Source of the DNA: Moniliella sp. 'wahieum'
Lineage: Eukaryota
Direction: 5' to 3'
Length of the DNA: 64,000 nucleotides
NCBI GenBank assembly: GCA_003971905.1
Contig: RSEE01000056.1
Coordinates: 124,001 to 188,000, forward strand
In this document: positions 37,098-48,445 of the stretch, piece by piece
How positions within the stretch are numbered: position 1 is the stretch's first letter
How the letters are laid out: every line of letters begins with the position of its first letter
Notes under the pieces: generated by a model
Told to the model about the DNA's origin: nothing
The model's database searches: none
What the model saw: the letters and a program-made list of their open reading frames with translations, nothing else
Made by a program: the position numbers and the translations under genes

Positions 37098-38203
37098 TTA
37101 GTACGTCTCGCCAACGCCCACGCCTTCCAGCGGCACGCCCTTGAGCCCCGTCAGGATCGCATCCAGTGCCTTAGTATCTTGGTCGAGGGTTTGGACAAGT
37201 GAACCAACCCCTTTTGCTGTTCAGCCAAGATCCGAGCCACTTTTTCCAACTGCGAAGCGTCCACCACGGCCCACTGCACAGCGCCGGGATCCGACTCGGC
37301 CCCACCAGCCGCACGCCGCGCTCGCACCGCCGCAATCTGCGCCCAGAGCTCATTCAACTTGGCGCGCAACCGGACATTGCCATCGGGCACCGCTGCACCC
37401 GACACGGACATGGTCGCCTCGCTACCTTCAATCAACGTTTCCAGCGTAGCCAAGAGCGCTTGCAACCGATCTGCCTCGGCGCCAGCGTCGGTCAAGGGAC
37501 GCGCAGCTGCGCCGGTCGGTGCGGCGCCTGCGGCAGTTTGGGTAAGCGTGGTGGCGGTCTGCAGTGCCACACGCGCTTCTTCGTCCGGTGCATCGGCCGG
37601 TTGCGGCGCAGGTAAGATGCCCACTTCGCGGCTGGCTGTGAGGCGAACGAGACGCATGATGCGCATGTGCAGAGCAGCTTGCGCTGAACGTGCTTTGCCG
37701 TACCGAATGACCGTGTGGAGGGTATGGTTCGTCTCCAACCCCCGAACCGATTCTTGTACCTGGGCCAAACGTGCCGCTTGCCGTTGCGCCTCGGCCAACT
37801 GCACTTTCCTTCGTTCGGCCAGGTCGCCAAACCCGACCCCTAGCACAGGCACAAGCCGCTCCGGATCCGGATTACGCTGCACCGCATCCGACCATAACAA
37901 ATCGTGTTCCCGTCCCACTGCATCTGGACGCCGACCACGCTGACTGTGCCCCAACCCCATCCCTCCACCAGAACCCAACCCCACAACGAGGCAGAAGGTA
38001 CCATCGCACCCATACCTCCGCCACTGCCGCCGGCCATACCGGACGCAGCAGGCGTAGGATCCACATTGTAAAAGTACCACAGGAACTGACACGTACGTAT
38101 GTCAGCCGTGTTCCACCCCGCATAGATCTTGCCCAGGTCCACGTTCAGCGGCCGACCCAGTTGCTTGGTGGCGACGAGAGAAGATGGGGCAGCCTGTTGC
38201 TGC

Positions 38204-38241
<38 letters not shown>

Positions 38242-38697
38242 GGGTTGCTGGGGCTGTTGCTGAGCCGTCTGGCCAGGCCGGGGGGCACCAAACAGCGAGG
38301 TAGAAGGCTGGGTCTGGCCAAACAGCCCGGTGCCCTGAGTAGCGGGCTGGGCTTGGCCTTGGGGCTGGCCAAACAAGCCGGTGGAAGCCGAGCCAGGCTG
38401 GGACTGAGGTTGGCCAAGATGCCAGTGGAAGCAGATGCAGGCGCGGCCTGCGTTTGGCCAAACAGACCCGTGCCACCGCTGGCAGGTTGGGCTTGTGTTT
38501 GGCCAAACAGACCGGTGCTGGCGCCGGCGGCCGCTGAGACGCGCCAAAGAGCGAGCCGCCCGCGGCGGGGGGCTTGGGCTGGCCAAAGAGCGAGGTGGTG
38601 GCTGGTTGTTGCTGCTGTTGTTGCTGCGGTTGCTGCTGGCCAAAGCCGCCAAAGCCATGAAGGAGGCGGCTGGCTTGGCTCCAAACCCAAACGACAT
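37098..38697 (-). CDS. NUP57: Central-channel FG nucleoporin Nup57/Nup54; frameshifted
   Basis: MSFGFGAK, repeated GLFGQ, polyQ, CQF.WYFYN, LWSDAVQRNPDPERLVPVLGVGFGDLAERRKVQ, RAKLNELWAQI, KVARILAEQQKGLVHL. Confidence 0.9.
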
Positions 38698-39221
38698 GGA
38701 CAGGTGTGCGGATGGGCGGCGGAGACGGGCGGAGGAGATGGGAGAGCAGCGACGGTGCGTTGCGTTTGCGTCTGCGTTTGGGTTTGCTTCCCAGCCTGGA
38801 CTGCGGCCAGCCGAACCGAGCGCAACCGCATCAAATTTCAATTGCGCATTGCCAATGTACCGACCGCGTGCTCGCCTTCCGCCCAGCCATTCCGCCCGCG
38901 CGTCTTGGGCTTGGCACGCGTGCTCGTTGAGCGGTAGATAGCAGCCAACACAGCGCCCACGGCCGAGGCTGACGCAGAGTAGGGTTGCACAACCCTACGG
39001 TTGCATACGGGTAACACAGCGCTGCTGTCATGCATCATGCATGATACATGTAACATGATTGCATGATACGTGTAACCCCGCTCCCCCGTCCCGCCCTCTC
39101 CTGTCCCACAGGCCGCTGCCGGGTCCCGGGGCTCCGTGGAACACGACGCGGACGCGGGACGAGGCGTGCACGGACGGCGCGCGCCGTTGCCACCGACATC
39201 CAGCCGCACTGGGTGTGCTGC

Positions 39222-39288
39222 CGGATGCGGACGCAGATGCGGATGCGGATGCGGATGCGGATGCGGATGCGGGTGCGGATGCGGATAC
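39222..39288. repeat. (GCGGAT)n microsatellite
   Basis: ~10 near-perfect GCGGAT units; the complementary (ATCCGC)n also occurs near 13000-13023. Confidence 0.9.
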
Positions 39289-40129
39289 GCTCGCGGTCGG
39301 TCGGCAGGGGGAGCGCGCAGCAACAGAAAAGGTGCACGGGGAGCATCGTCCGCCACAGCGCAGGGGCCATTCGCTTCCCCCCTGCAAGAGAGGCAGCCTA
39401 CACAGGGTGCTGCACAGCGGCGGACCGGGATGTACAATAGTTACTAGGCGCTCCGCATTGTATTCCCATCAGTAACTCAGTACGCAGTCTCCATAGACGC
39501 CTGTCTTCTGACCTCAGCCTCGGGCCTCGTCGCAAAAAGCGCCACGGCAGCCTGCACAAGCGAAGCGAGCCGTCTTGTCCCCGCAGTCGCCTCTTCCGCG
39601 CTCCCTAGTCACTAGTCACGATCATTCAATGCGGTATCTCCGACGGAATATGGTGGATGCACCGACGCTCCCCCCTCTTCACCCGCCCCTACTATCCAAT
39701 CGCAGTACGAAACATATAACGCACACGCTCTCTTCTCTCCGTTCTCACCGCGTTTCGGCTCCCAACTATATAACAGACCCAGACGGATGTCCCCCGGGCG
39801 GAGATTCAGAGTTCAACCCATCCACACTGACGTATCTAATCCCCCTCCTCCAGCCTCGCTCTGCACTCTCAGTGTTGGCCCTTTGTTGTGAGAAGGTTCA
39901 GTTGAATCATTGATCATTGATCGATTGCCCGTGCACCCCTAACCCCCCTTGCACTGACAGCGCGAACGGCTGATATCCATCGATTATCGATTATCGTCTT
40001 CCTTTTTAGCCAACCCGCCTTTCAGTGTACCCGTCTGCAGCTCCTCGTTCCCTCTCCGTCCTGCCCCCCCCCCCCCCCCCTCGTGGCCAGCATCTCAACC
40101 ACCAACACAACACTCTTGTGTTTGCCCGT

Positions 40130-40879
40130 ATGCAAAGGCGTGAGCACCCCACGGGGTGCAGGGCGTGTCTGTTGCGTCACCTCCCTTGCGACCTGCCAGT
40201 ACTGCCACCCGCTAATACGCTGCCTGCCACTGCCGCCTTAGCCCGAAACAAGACGACGGACAGGACCCGAGGCATGCCGACCAGCAAATGTTGCTCGTCA
40301 TGTTTACGTGATGGTCTGCTGTGTCTGGCGATTGACCACCCTGGCGAGACTGGTGTCTCGCCTCTTCCCTCGATGGGATTGGCCCGCGGCTTGTTCTCCT
40401 GTAACAATAGGCCTTCTTGGCCTGCTGCAGATGGCCTTCCTCCCCCGATTGGCAGTCGCAGCCCACACTGCCTCACTTCCTTTCCGCCAAGGACGGTGTG
40501 CGAGCCATGCACTCCATCCGTTTCCGATGGCTCGTCGCCCACTACCTCCATCTCCACCTCCATCTCCACCTCCACATCTTCCGTCGCTTCCTTACCCCCT
40601 TTCCACACCACCCACCACGTTCCAGCTCCCAGCTCCAGCTCCAGCTCCAGCTCCACCACACCCGTCCGTTTCCCACAAGAAACGAAAATCCTCCTCCTCC
40701 CACCCCCGCTTTACTGGCACGGTGGCAGTGCGGACCCGGTCCTCCCACCTCGACCATGCCTGTCTTCCGCTTCCATGGGCAGCGAACGGGCGTGCAGGTC
40801 GACTGAATTTCCGTTTGGCTGGGCCCATGGTCACCAGAAGGAGCCGACGCCCTATCGCACCCCTTTCCCCCCTGTATGA
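40130..40879 (+). CDS. Putative small Zn(II)2Cys6-like protein (may have upstream exon from ~39650)
   Basis: CRACLLRHLPC ... CSSCLRDGLLC = two CX2CX6C halves, followed by a Ser/Thr/Pro-rich tail. Confidence 0.5.
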   Translation: MQRREHPTGCRACLLRHLPCDLPVLPPANTLPATAALARNKTTDRTRGMPTSKCCSSCLRDGLLCLAIDHPGETGVSPLPSMGLARGLFSCNNRPSWPAADGLPPPIGSRSPHCLTSFPPRTVCEPCTPSVSDGSSPTTSISTSISTSTSSVASLPPFHTTHHVPAPSSSSSSSSTTPVRFPQETKILLLPPPLYWHGGSADPVLPPRPCLSSASMGSERACRSTEFPFGWAHGHQKEPTPYRTPFPPV

Positions 40880-41573
40880 GAACTCCCACCACATTCTCTC
40901 GCTTCACCGCGCTCACATCTTCTTATTCATCATGTAGTGACTTCTCCATCAAGCACCACCTCTCTTCCCTTTCTTCGTGGGGTTCAATACCAGAACGGAT
41001 GCAGTGGCAGATGCGTGATTCACCAACATTAGGATCATGACTATGATCATGAACGTTGAACATGTACCAAGTCTCTTTTCATTTCGCTGTGTACATACAC
41101 TTTGAGCCGTGGCGCGCTCGCCTGTACAACAATCCAAGACGTCCTGAAGACCTCAGAACAGAAAAACTCTTGCATCCTTGACACATATAGTACTTCGATA
41201 AAGTTAATGAAACGAACTAAGGGGATGACACAACGCCAGTGTGGGAGAGGAAGGCGCAGCACAATTACCACGCCACGGGAGTTGGGGGTATACGTGAATG
41301 AGGAAGCAGGCCATCAGGGAAGATCCTTACCTTGTGAAATCTGCTGGGGGGGGGGATGGTGGGTGGGAGATGTGTACTGGATGAGAGGAGGTGGTGCAGA
41401 GCCGACCAGAGGAGCCTTGCTTTCCTAGGCTTGAAACACGCTTGGAAACATGCGTCTGGGGGAGGACCTCAGACCATTGCTGCACGCGACCTCCCCACAC
41501 GGCCGCGTGGGCAAGGCGATCGTGGACGGATACTATACCGAATAAAACAACGAAAGGTGCGATGTTTACAAGT

Positions 41574-41804
41574 GGCTCTCTCAGTGCGAAGCGCCAGGGA
41601 GCAGGGCAGCTCGGTAGAGCATTGACTAACTAAGCGCGAGCACAAGAGGCTCTCTCAGTGCGAAGCACCAGAGAGCAGACCAGCTCGGCAGTACAGTGAC
41701 TACTAACGAGCTCGGCAGTACATTGACTCACAAAGCATGAGCACAAGAGGTTCTCTCAGTGCCAGGCACCCGGGAGCAGACCAGCTCGCCACAATTCATT
41801 GACT
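41574..41804. repeat. Three-copy ~74-bp tandem repeat with internal hairpin and a 27-bp partial duplication
   Basis: Units start at 41574, 41648 and 41749 (ggYtctctcagtgc...gagcag..cagctcg...attgact...gagcacaaga). Confidence 0.9.
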
Positions 41805-42899
41805 TCGGTTCCATGCGCCTGTGGGACAAGTGGGACAAGCGCACCAAAATGACAACACCTCTGCCATGCTCGCTCACGGAGGCGGGCGTACCAGCTACGA
41901 AGACTCTTCAGACAGTGACACAGTTATTGATGCGAGTACCAAATGGACATGCGTTTTGCGTGCTGAGGATGAGTATAGGTTTGGTGTCAGTCATCAGTCG
42001 TCAGTAGCAAGTCCACAGGCAGGTGCACCTCCCGGACCCATCAGCCCGAGAACTGTAGCTCTCGCGGTGTGTGGAGATGGGCCTGTGTGGGCGGCGCTTT
42101 GATGATCCGCATGTGCGTGCGCACATATACAATGCCGCTGGAGTCAGATGATGGATGACTGTCACGCGTTCCACTCGCAGGGGCATATGGCCGAGAAGCG
42201 AAGCGGCGGTTATGGAGTAGAAGGCCATACGGTGAGGCGTGGGTTGCAGGGCTCAAATGGCTGTCCCGAGCCCCATCTCGCTCATCCAGTCGATCAACCC
42301 ATATCCCTGTAGCCACGCTTTACTGAAGGCTCTGACCTGGAGACACCTAGTCGCTAAACCACAGACGATCACCGAGTAAGAATCAAGTAACGAGGTGAGC
42401 AAGAAGAAGGGGAAGGGGAAGAAGAGGTGGTGGCGAAGAGGACAGAACAAGCAGCGGGACAAGGGTGAACACGTGGCTTGCTGGCCTGCGCGCGGCAACT
42501 CCAAGGTCTAGCTTTCACATCTACGAATCGGGCAAGGCACCGAAGCAATTTTGATGCCCGCCCGTTCCCTCTGATGAAACGCCAGGCTTGATCCGAAATG
42601 GTTGCAAACTTGAGGCCCTTGAGGCGCCAGAACAGTTGCCGCTTACGGGTTCCCGTCCCGGCTGATGCACTCGAACGACGGGGACTCCCAATGTCTTCAT
42701 TTACAACAAACAACAAGAAAACGGTGAGCAGAGGACCAACGCTCCCCAATTCCCCAAAATGCACATGTGGATCGCAATTAAGTGGGTTACCCCACTGGCT
42801 CACCCACCCTATCATCTCCTCCGCTTATCACGACAGCTTCTCCTCTGCTCCGCTAACGGTGGCACGGGCTGAGACATGGAGGCAGCCTGGGTCAATGGC

Positions 42900-44175
42900 G
42901 AAGTGAGGGGTGACATGGCCGAGGTCGAGGCCGACGAGCGCCGCCGTCCACCAGGGCCACCAAACGCCTTCAGCACCGTGTCCTGCAACACATCCCCCTG
43001 TCCAGTGCATGGAGCAGGCTCGAGTGGCGCTCGGCATACCCGCAGCAGGGGCGAGCCAACGGAAGATTTGCGCGAAAAGACACGGGTAATGCGGGAGATA
43101 GGCGACGTAGACGTCGGATCTTCGGCCTGACTAGGCGAAGCGGGATCGGGATCCGAGTCGCGCGAGGAGCTGTGACGAGCAGAAGCGTGGGTGCCACCAG
43201 ACGAAGAGGGGATAGGAATGGGATGAATGGTGGCCGAAGGCTCTAGCGACGCTCTCCGCGGTACCTCGGCTTGTTGGTTGGGGGGCGAGGTACGACGCAG
43301 TTGCTCGAACGTAGCCGCAGAGACAGTGGTGGAGCGGTGCGGTGCAGTGGGTTCCGTACCCTGCCCGTGCCCGATTCCGTGCCTTCGTGTTGCTCCGCCT
43401 GCTTCTCGGATCGCTTAGCTTGTCGCTCCTGTTCCAACCGGGCCGCCTTGAGCCGTTCTTCCTCCCGCTCCAGCAGCAGCGCTTCGTGTGACTGGGTACG
43501 GACCAAGTCGGTCTGCTGCCGCTCTCGTTCCGTCTTGTCTGCACACCAGGGGCGGGGTCAGAAGGGCGAAGCGGATGGCGCAGACGCGCAGCCGCTTTCA
43601 ACACATGATCCTGTACTACGTCGCCTGGATCCAGCCGAGTCATGCCGGGCTGGACGCGGTACCCCTCGCTAGTGCCGGTACTTTCGATGCGATAGAGCGG
43701 GTTGGGCTGGTACGTGGACTTGCTTCGTGGCAAGGCGTCGGCACTTCCTTCAGCTGCATGCTCCACGTCCACATCGTTCACCGCCAGCACGTCAAATGGC
43801 GTTGCTTGGTCTTCCTCGGGCGAGGTGAAGACGTACCGTTTGCCATGCGCATCCGAAGGGTGGCGTGTGTGGTGCGGCGAGGTGGGCAGAACATCTTGGG
43901 TTTCGGTAGGCGCGACGGGGCGTCGGTGCCAACATTGCCGGGAGACAAGTGTCTGGGCTCTTCCGACGATCTGCTCCGCTCGGTAGGCACGTTGTCGATT
44001 GGGGCTGATGGCGAGGCGGAGAGCTGCTGAGGGGGCGGGGGCGGGGGTGGGGCCAGGGTGTCGCTGCCAAGCTGGGTGGAAGAGCGACGGTGAATGGTTT
44101 GGCGGATGGCGTTGGAGAGGCGACGGATGGGCCCCTGCGCGGGGGTGTATACGGGGCAGGCTGAATCTCGGCCAT
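42900..44175 (-). CDS. Hypothetical low-complexity protein with short coiled coil
   Basis: MAEIQPAPYTPP start at 44175; overlapping minus ORFs 43131-44252 and 43243-43506 (LLLEREEERLKAARLEQERQAKR); end uncertain. Confidence 0.5.
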
Positions 44176-45029
44176 GGAGTCAAGTGCAGGAGAGAGGTGG
44201 TGGTGGTGGGCTGCGAGGGGGGCGCGGGGGGAAAAGGCGACGGATATAGCAAGTGCGGGGAAGTGCAGGAGGCCCAGACGTTCCCTCAGAGGTGGCGAGG
44301 AGGCGTGGAAGGAGGGGACTCGGTCGGTGCCCAGTACTCAACAATATCGTTCTCTGATCGGGATTAAGCGTTAAACGTTAAACGTTAGAGGCTCGGTCGC
44401 TCGTGCGTTTCTTGGTGTGCCTGATAGGATGCCCCGCATCAGCCCACACTCCCCCAGTGAACGCAGCTTGTACCCACACAGCCGCTGTGCCTGCTCCCCA
44501 TCAGGCAGGACGCCGGGGGGGATATCGTGACGCGTGATAACCGCAATCGCTCAAGAGTACTGCTAGTACTATGGGGCATCGTCCGACCCAGACTAAATAT
44601 TGAATGGGTTTCGAGTGCTCCTTCCCCGCACCGTCGTCTTCCAGACCTATGTGTGACGTCACCAGTCCCTGGCGCGCCGCAGGTGCGGCGAGCACGATGC
44701 ATGGGATGTGGTGCATGTGACACGCACCATCCGACACCTACGTCATTCATAGCTCCTAAGGCTTGCGACCCTAAGGAAGGGAGGGGAACTATAACCACTA
44801 GTAACGCGAACGAGCTTAGAAATTAGATAACTAGGGCCACGCGCAACGCCCTGCCATGACAGTACTTGGCTCTAACCATGGCCCTCGGCGTCAGCAATCT
44901 CAGATCTCATCGACTCATCGATCATCGATAATCCCGGCCGTAGGGAGATATAGGGGCGGCCGAAGACTCCGAAGACGCCCGTTCGTCTTCCGCCGCCTTG
45001 TGCTCTTGCTCTCCTACCTTATCTACTAA

Positions 45030-46170
45030 TTAGACCCATGAAGTCGATTCGATGCTCCCCAGCCGTCGTGCGATACGGTAGTGTGTCCACCAATCCCCAT
45101 GATGCACAAGGCACCCCAGAAAGGCGTGCGATAGGGGATAGTTGTCGGGGCGGAGGGACCTACTCCGTTCTATTCTCTGCTTTAGCATGATGAGGTCGAT
45201 GAGGGGAGGGAACCGCTGCTGGTCGTATGGTACAGGCAAAGAGTTTGACTTATGAGCAGGACGAAGGTGGGAAATGGTATGCGAGCAGATGGAAGTAGCC
45301 CAGGGACGGACGCGACCGTAGGGCTGGAGGGGCTATCTGTGCATGACGCTTTCTCGGTCCAACAGCGTGAGCGCAACTGGCAGTGGGAGCCACGCGTCCC
45401 CCTTTCGGCTGCACCGGAGAACGTGGATGCTTCCGTTTTGGCTGAGCGCAGCATAGCTTCTGCTTCCACTAATACGGGCGTATGCAACAAGACGCGCGAC
45501 CGCACGACTATAGCTGGTTTGAAAACAAAAAGTACTAGCCACCCCCTTCAGCCAGGCCTAAGTTCGCCTGCAACTCCACCTCTGAAAAGCCATCTGACAC
45601 GCTCCCTCCGACGTGCCTTGTTCTCCCAAAGGGGCGTGGTACGGACAAAGGACGACCTCGGCATCGTTCGTCAGCGCATCAGGCTTCATCTTGAACAGCA
45701 CGTAGTTCGATTGCCACCGCGGTGCCCACTGAGCCGCTGTCCATCGTCGCACATCCACCTCATCAACGTTCAACCAGTTCAACCAGTTCAACCCTTCCGC
45801 CCCCCACCGCCGCTTCTTCCTCCCGCGCGTTCGTAGAGCAAAAAGGAAAGACGATTCCGATGCAGTCTTCCTCATCAGACCGTCTTCAGCGGCCCCGGTG
45901 ACACTGGGTACACCATGCGAGCAAAAGCCGAAACGTGATGTGACCAAGCACGGCTCGGATGCAAACGAGGGAATGCGCGTTTCTCGTGCGTCGCGGTCCA
46001 ACTTGAACGTTGACGTTGACAGTTGAACTCAACGGTCAAGGCCCAGCCTGCTTCGTCCTGTGTCAAGAAAGCGAGTCCCAAGCGAGCCTTAGCTACGCAG
46101 GTGCTTCTTAACCCCCAGGGAGGAACGTCCCATGCTTGCTCAAGTGTCATGTAATGCATCATAGGCGGAT
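45030..46170 (-). CDS. Possible hypothetical protein (fragmented)
   Basis: Protein-like segments in successive minus ORFs (MTLEQAWDVPPWGL, LNWLNVDEVDVRRW..YVLFKM, FPPLIDLIMLKQRIE); no family recognised. Confidence 0.3.
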
Positions 46171-47260
46171 GAGGAGGTAGAAACGGGGTCGCAACCCGCA
46201 TGCTACAACGGGGAAAACGGCAGTGGTAGCGGCGCCCAGCAAGCAAGGCAGAATAAAAGGGGTATGGCGTGCCGCGGCCGCGCTTTGATTGACATCAAAC
46301 CAAGTCTAGCATCCCAGTTGATCTTGATCGGTGGCAGGGAGGGCGAAGGAGAGGGGTCAACAAGCGCAAGGGGGCACGAGGATATTAGGATCCCCTTGGG
46401 GGTCCACGTTGGAGCACAGCCCCCCGGTGGTGCCTCAAGCAAGAGAAAAAAAAGTGGGTTGCGCGTGCCCAGGAAGGTGTAGGGCATGGTGCTGGCTGCG
46501 GAACTGGCGATGAGAAAGGATGGAGAAAGATGCGCTGTCCTGGCTGGCGCATTTCCCGAGGCTCCGGAAGCTGAGGACACCCGCTCATCCAGTCCCGCCC
46601 GAAAGGCGAACGGGGATGGAGTGTGGAGAGGAGAGACATACTCGACATGGCAGCCGAACGGCGAAAGGCGAGACGCGAGACGCGAGAGGTGAGCCGGTGA
46701 GAGGTGAGCCGGTGAGAGGTTTTGGGATGCAAGGCCAAGTCCGAGCAACTAGTTGAGGGGGGTGTCTCCGGTCACGTGGCCGTCGTGAAGACTGAATGTG
46801 GGTCGACATGCGACCGGGCGGATGCTGCCAAGGCACACCAACGCAGCCCTGGACGTCGTCCATACCGCGTACGTTGCGATCGGGGCGAGTGAGTACAACA
46901 GGAGGGGTGGCTGGGTGCTGGCTAAGCTCTAAGCGAACTGATCGTCCGATTGAGGACCACCGGTGATGGATGATGCGTGATCGATCACCGTTCACATCTT
47001 CATCATGATCTCGATGATCCCGGTGGGCGCCAAAAAAACGTGCGAGCCATCGACGGGGACCGAGTCGCCGACGCCGCGCGCCTGGAACCTGCGACCACTG
47101 TTCACTTGAAGCTTCAAGCCCAGCCTGACCCTTTCTTTATGTTGGTGCTTTGCTTACTTCCCGGGCTACCACCACCATCTCCCCCCACGACTCTTTTCTT
47201 GGTTCTCCTTCACCTCCGCCCTCGCCCTTCACGTCCCGCCTTACCGCTTACCGATTCCCC

Positions 47261-47839
47261 ATGTCTGACCTGTACTCCCTCTCGGTGCCGTGGAAGAAGA
47301 GCACGTACGACTTTGCCCAGGACAAGGGCAAGGTGGTGATCATTTTCAACTCGGCTACCAAGTGCGGCTTTACGCCGCAGCTGGATGGGCTGGAGAAACT
47401 GTACGAGGAGTTCAAAGACCAAGGACTGGAAATCGTCGGCTTCCCTAGCAACCAGTTTGGTTGGCAAAACCCGCAGGGCGACGATGACACAGAGTCCTTC
47501 TGCAAGCTCAACTATGGCGTCACCTTCCCCATGGTCAACAAGAGGTACGCTCCCCTCTCCCCACTTTCGCTCCACCTCGCATCTATAGTAGCGACGCCCC
47601 GAGTGGGAACATTCATCTGACTGTGAGCTGGCAGCGACGTGAATGGAAACGACACGAACCCCGTTTTCAAGCTGCTGAAGCACGAAAAGAAAGGTGTGCT
47701 GGGGGAACGGATCGTGTGGAACTTTACCAAGTTCCTGGTGGACCGTAAGGGCAATGTGCATGCGCGCTACGCGCCCACCACCACCCCCGAATCGATCAAG
47801 GCCGAGGTTGAAAAGTTGCTGGCTGAGCCAGCCGAGTAA
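47261..47839 (+). CDS. HYR1: Cys-type glutathione peroxidase-like peroxiredoxin (Hyr1/Gpx3 family); intron 47545-47634
   Basis: [59 protein letters not shown]; the 90-nt GTACGC..CTGAC..CAG intron splices in frame. Confidence 0.96.
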
Positions 47840-48445
47840 GCGTGAGCGTAAGCAGGACCCAGGGCCCAGGACCTAGGGCCCCGCTTCGACCCCAGTCCTC
47901 TTGCTACCCCGACTCGGGCACGTGTATCCCCCCGGCGCACGTTGGTGCGCCCGGAGCCTGCAACCCGCAATCCAAGCAGAGACCTTGGACCTCGTATTTC
48001 CTTCTTGTGCCTCCATGATGATTGATGGATTCCTCCTACCACCATGTCACCCTGTTTCCTCGCCCTTCCCTTGCCCTATGTACCTACCCATTGCGATACC
48101 GGTATCCTAATTGCGCGCTCTGCGCTCCTTGCTCGTTCTTTCAGCTAACTGCAGCGGTACCATCACGTGTTCACCAAGGCCCTATCTGCCCCTACCTGCC
48201 TCGATCGTACATGGAGACTGCGATAGTGAAAGGGGCGATGCATTATGCATCTGTGGTCCAGTCTGCCATGTCAGGGCGGTAACGAGAGTAGGAGAGGTAA
48301 AACAGAAATAGTGCGTAGAGAGGGGGAGCGAAGCGTTCTAGACAGAGAAGTTGGGGTTAGGAGAAGAAGGCGATGCAGGATGTACGTTGTTACACTTTGG
48401 AACCGTCTGCTCGTGCGCGGACCAAAGAAGCCTCGAGCCAGGTAG

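Noticed and set aside
47261..47839. Selenocysteine-type GPX
   Set aside because: The active-site codon is TGC (Cys) and there is no in-frame TGA
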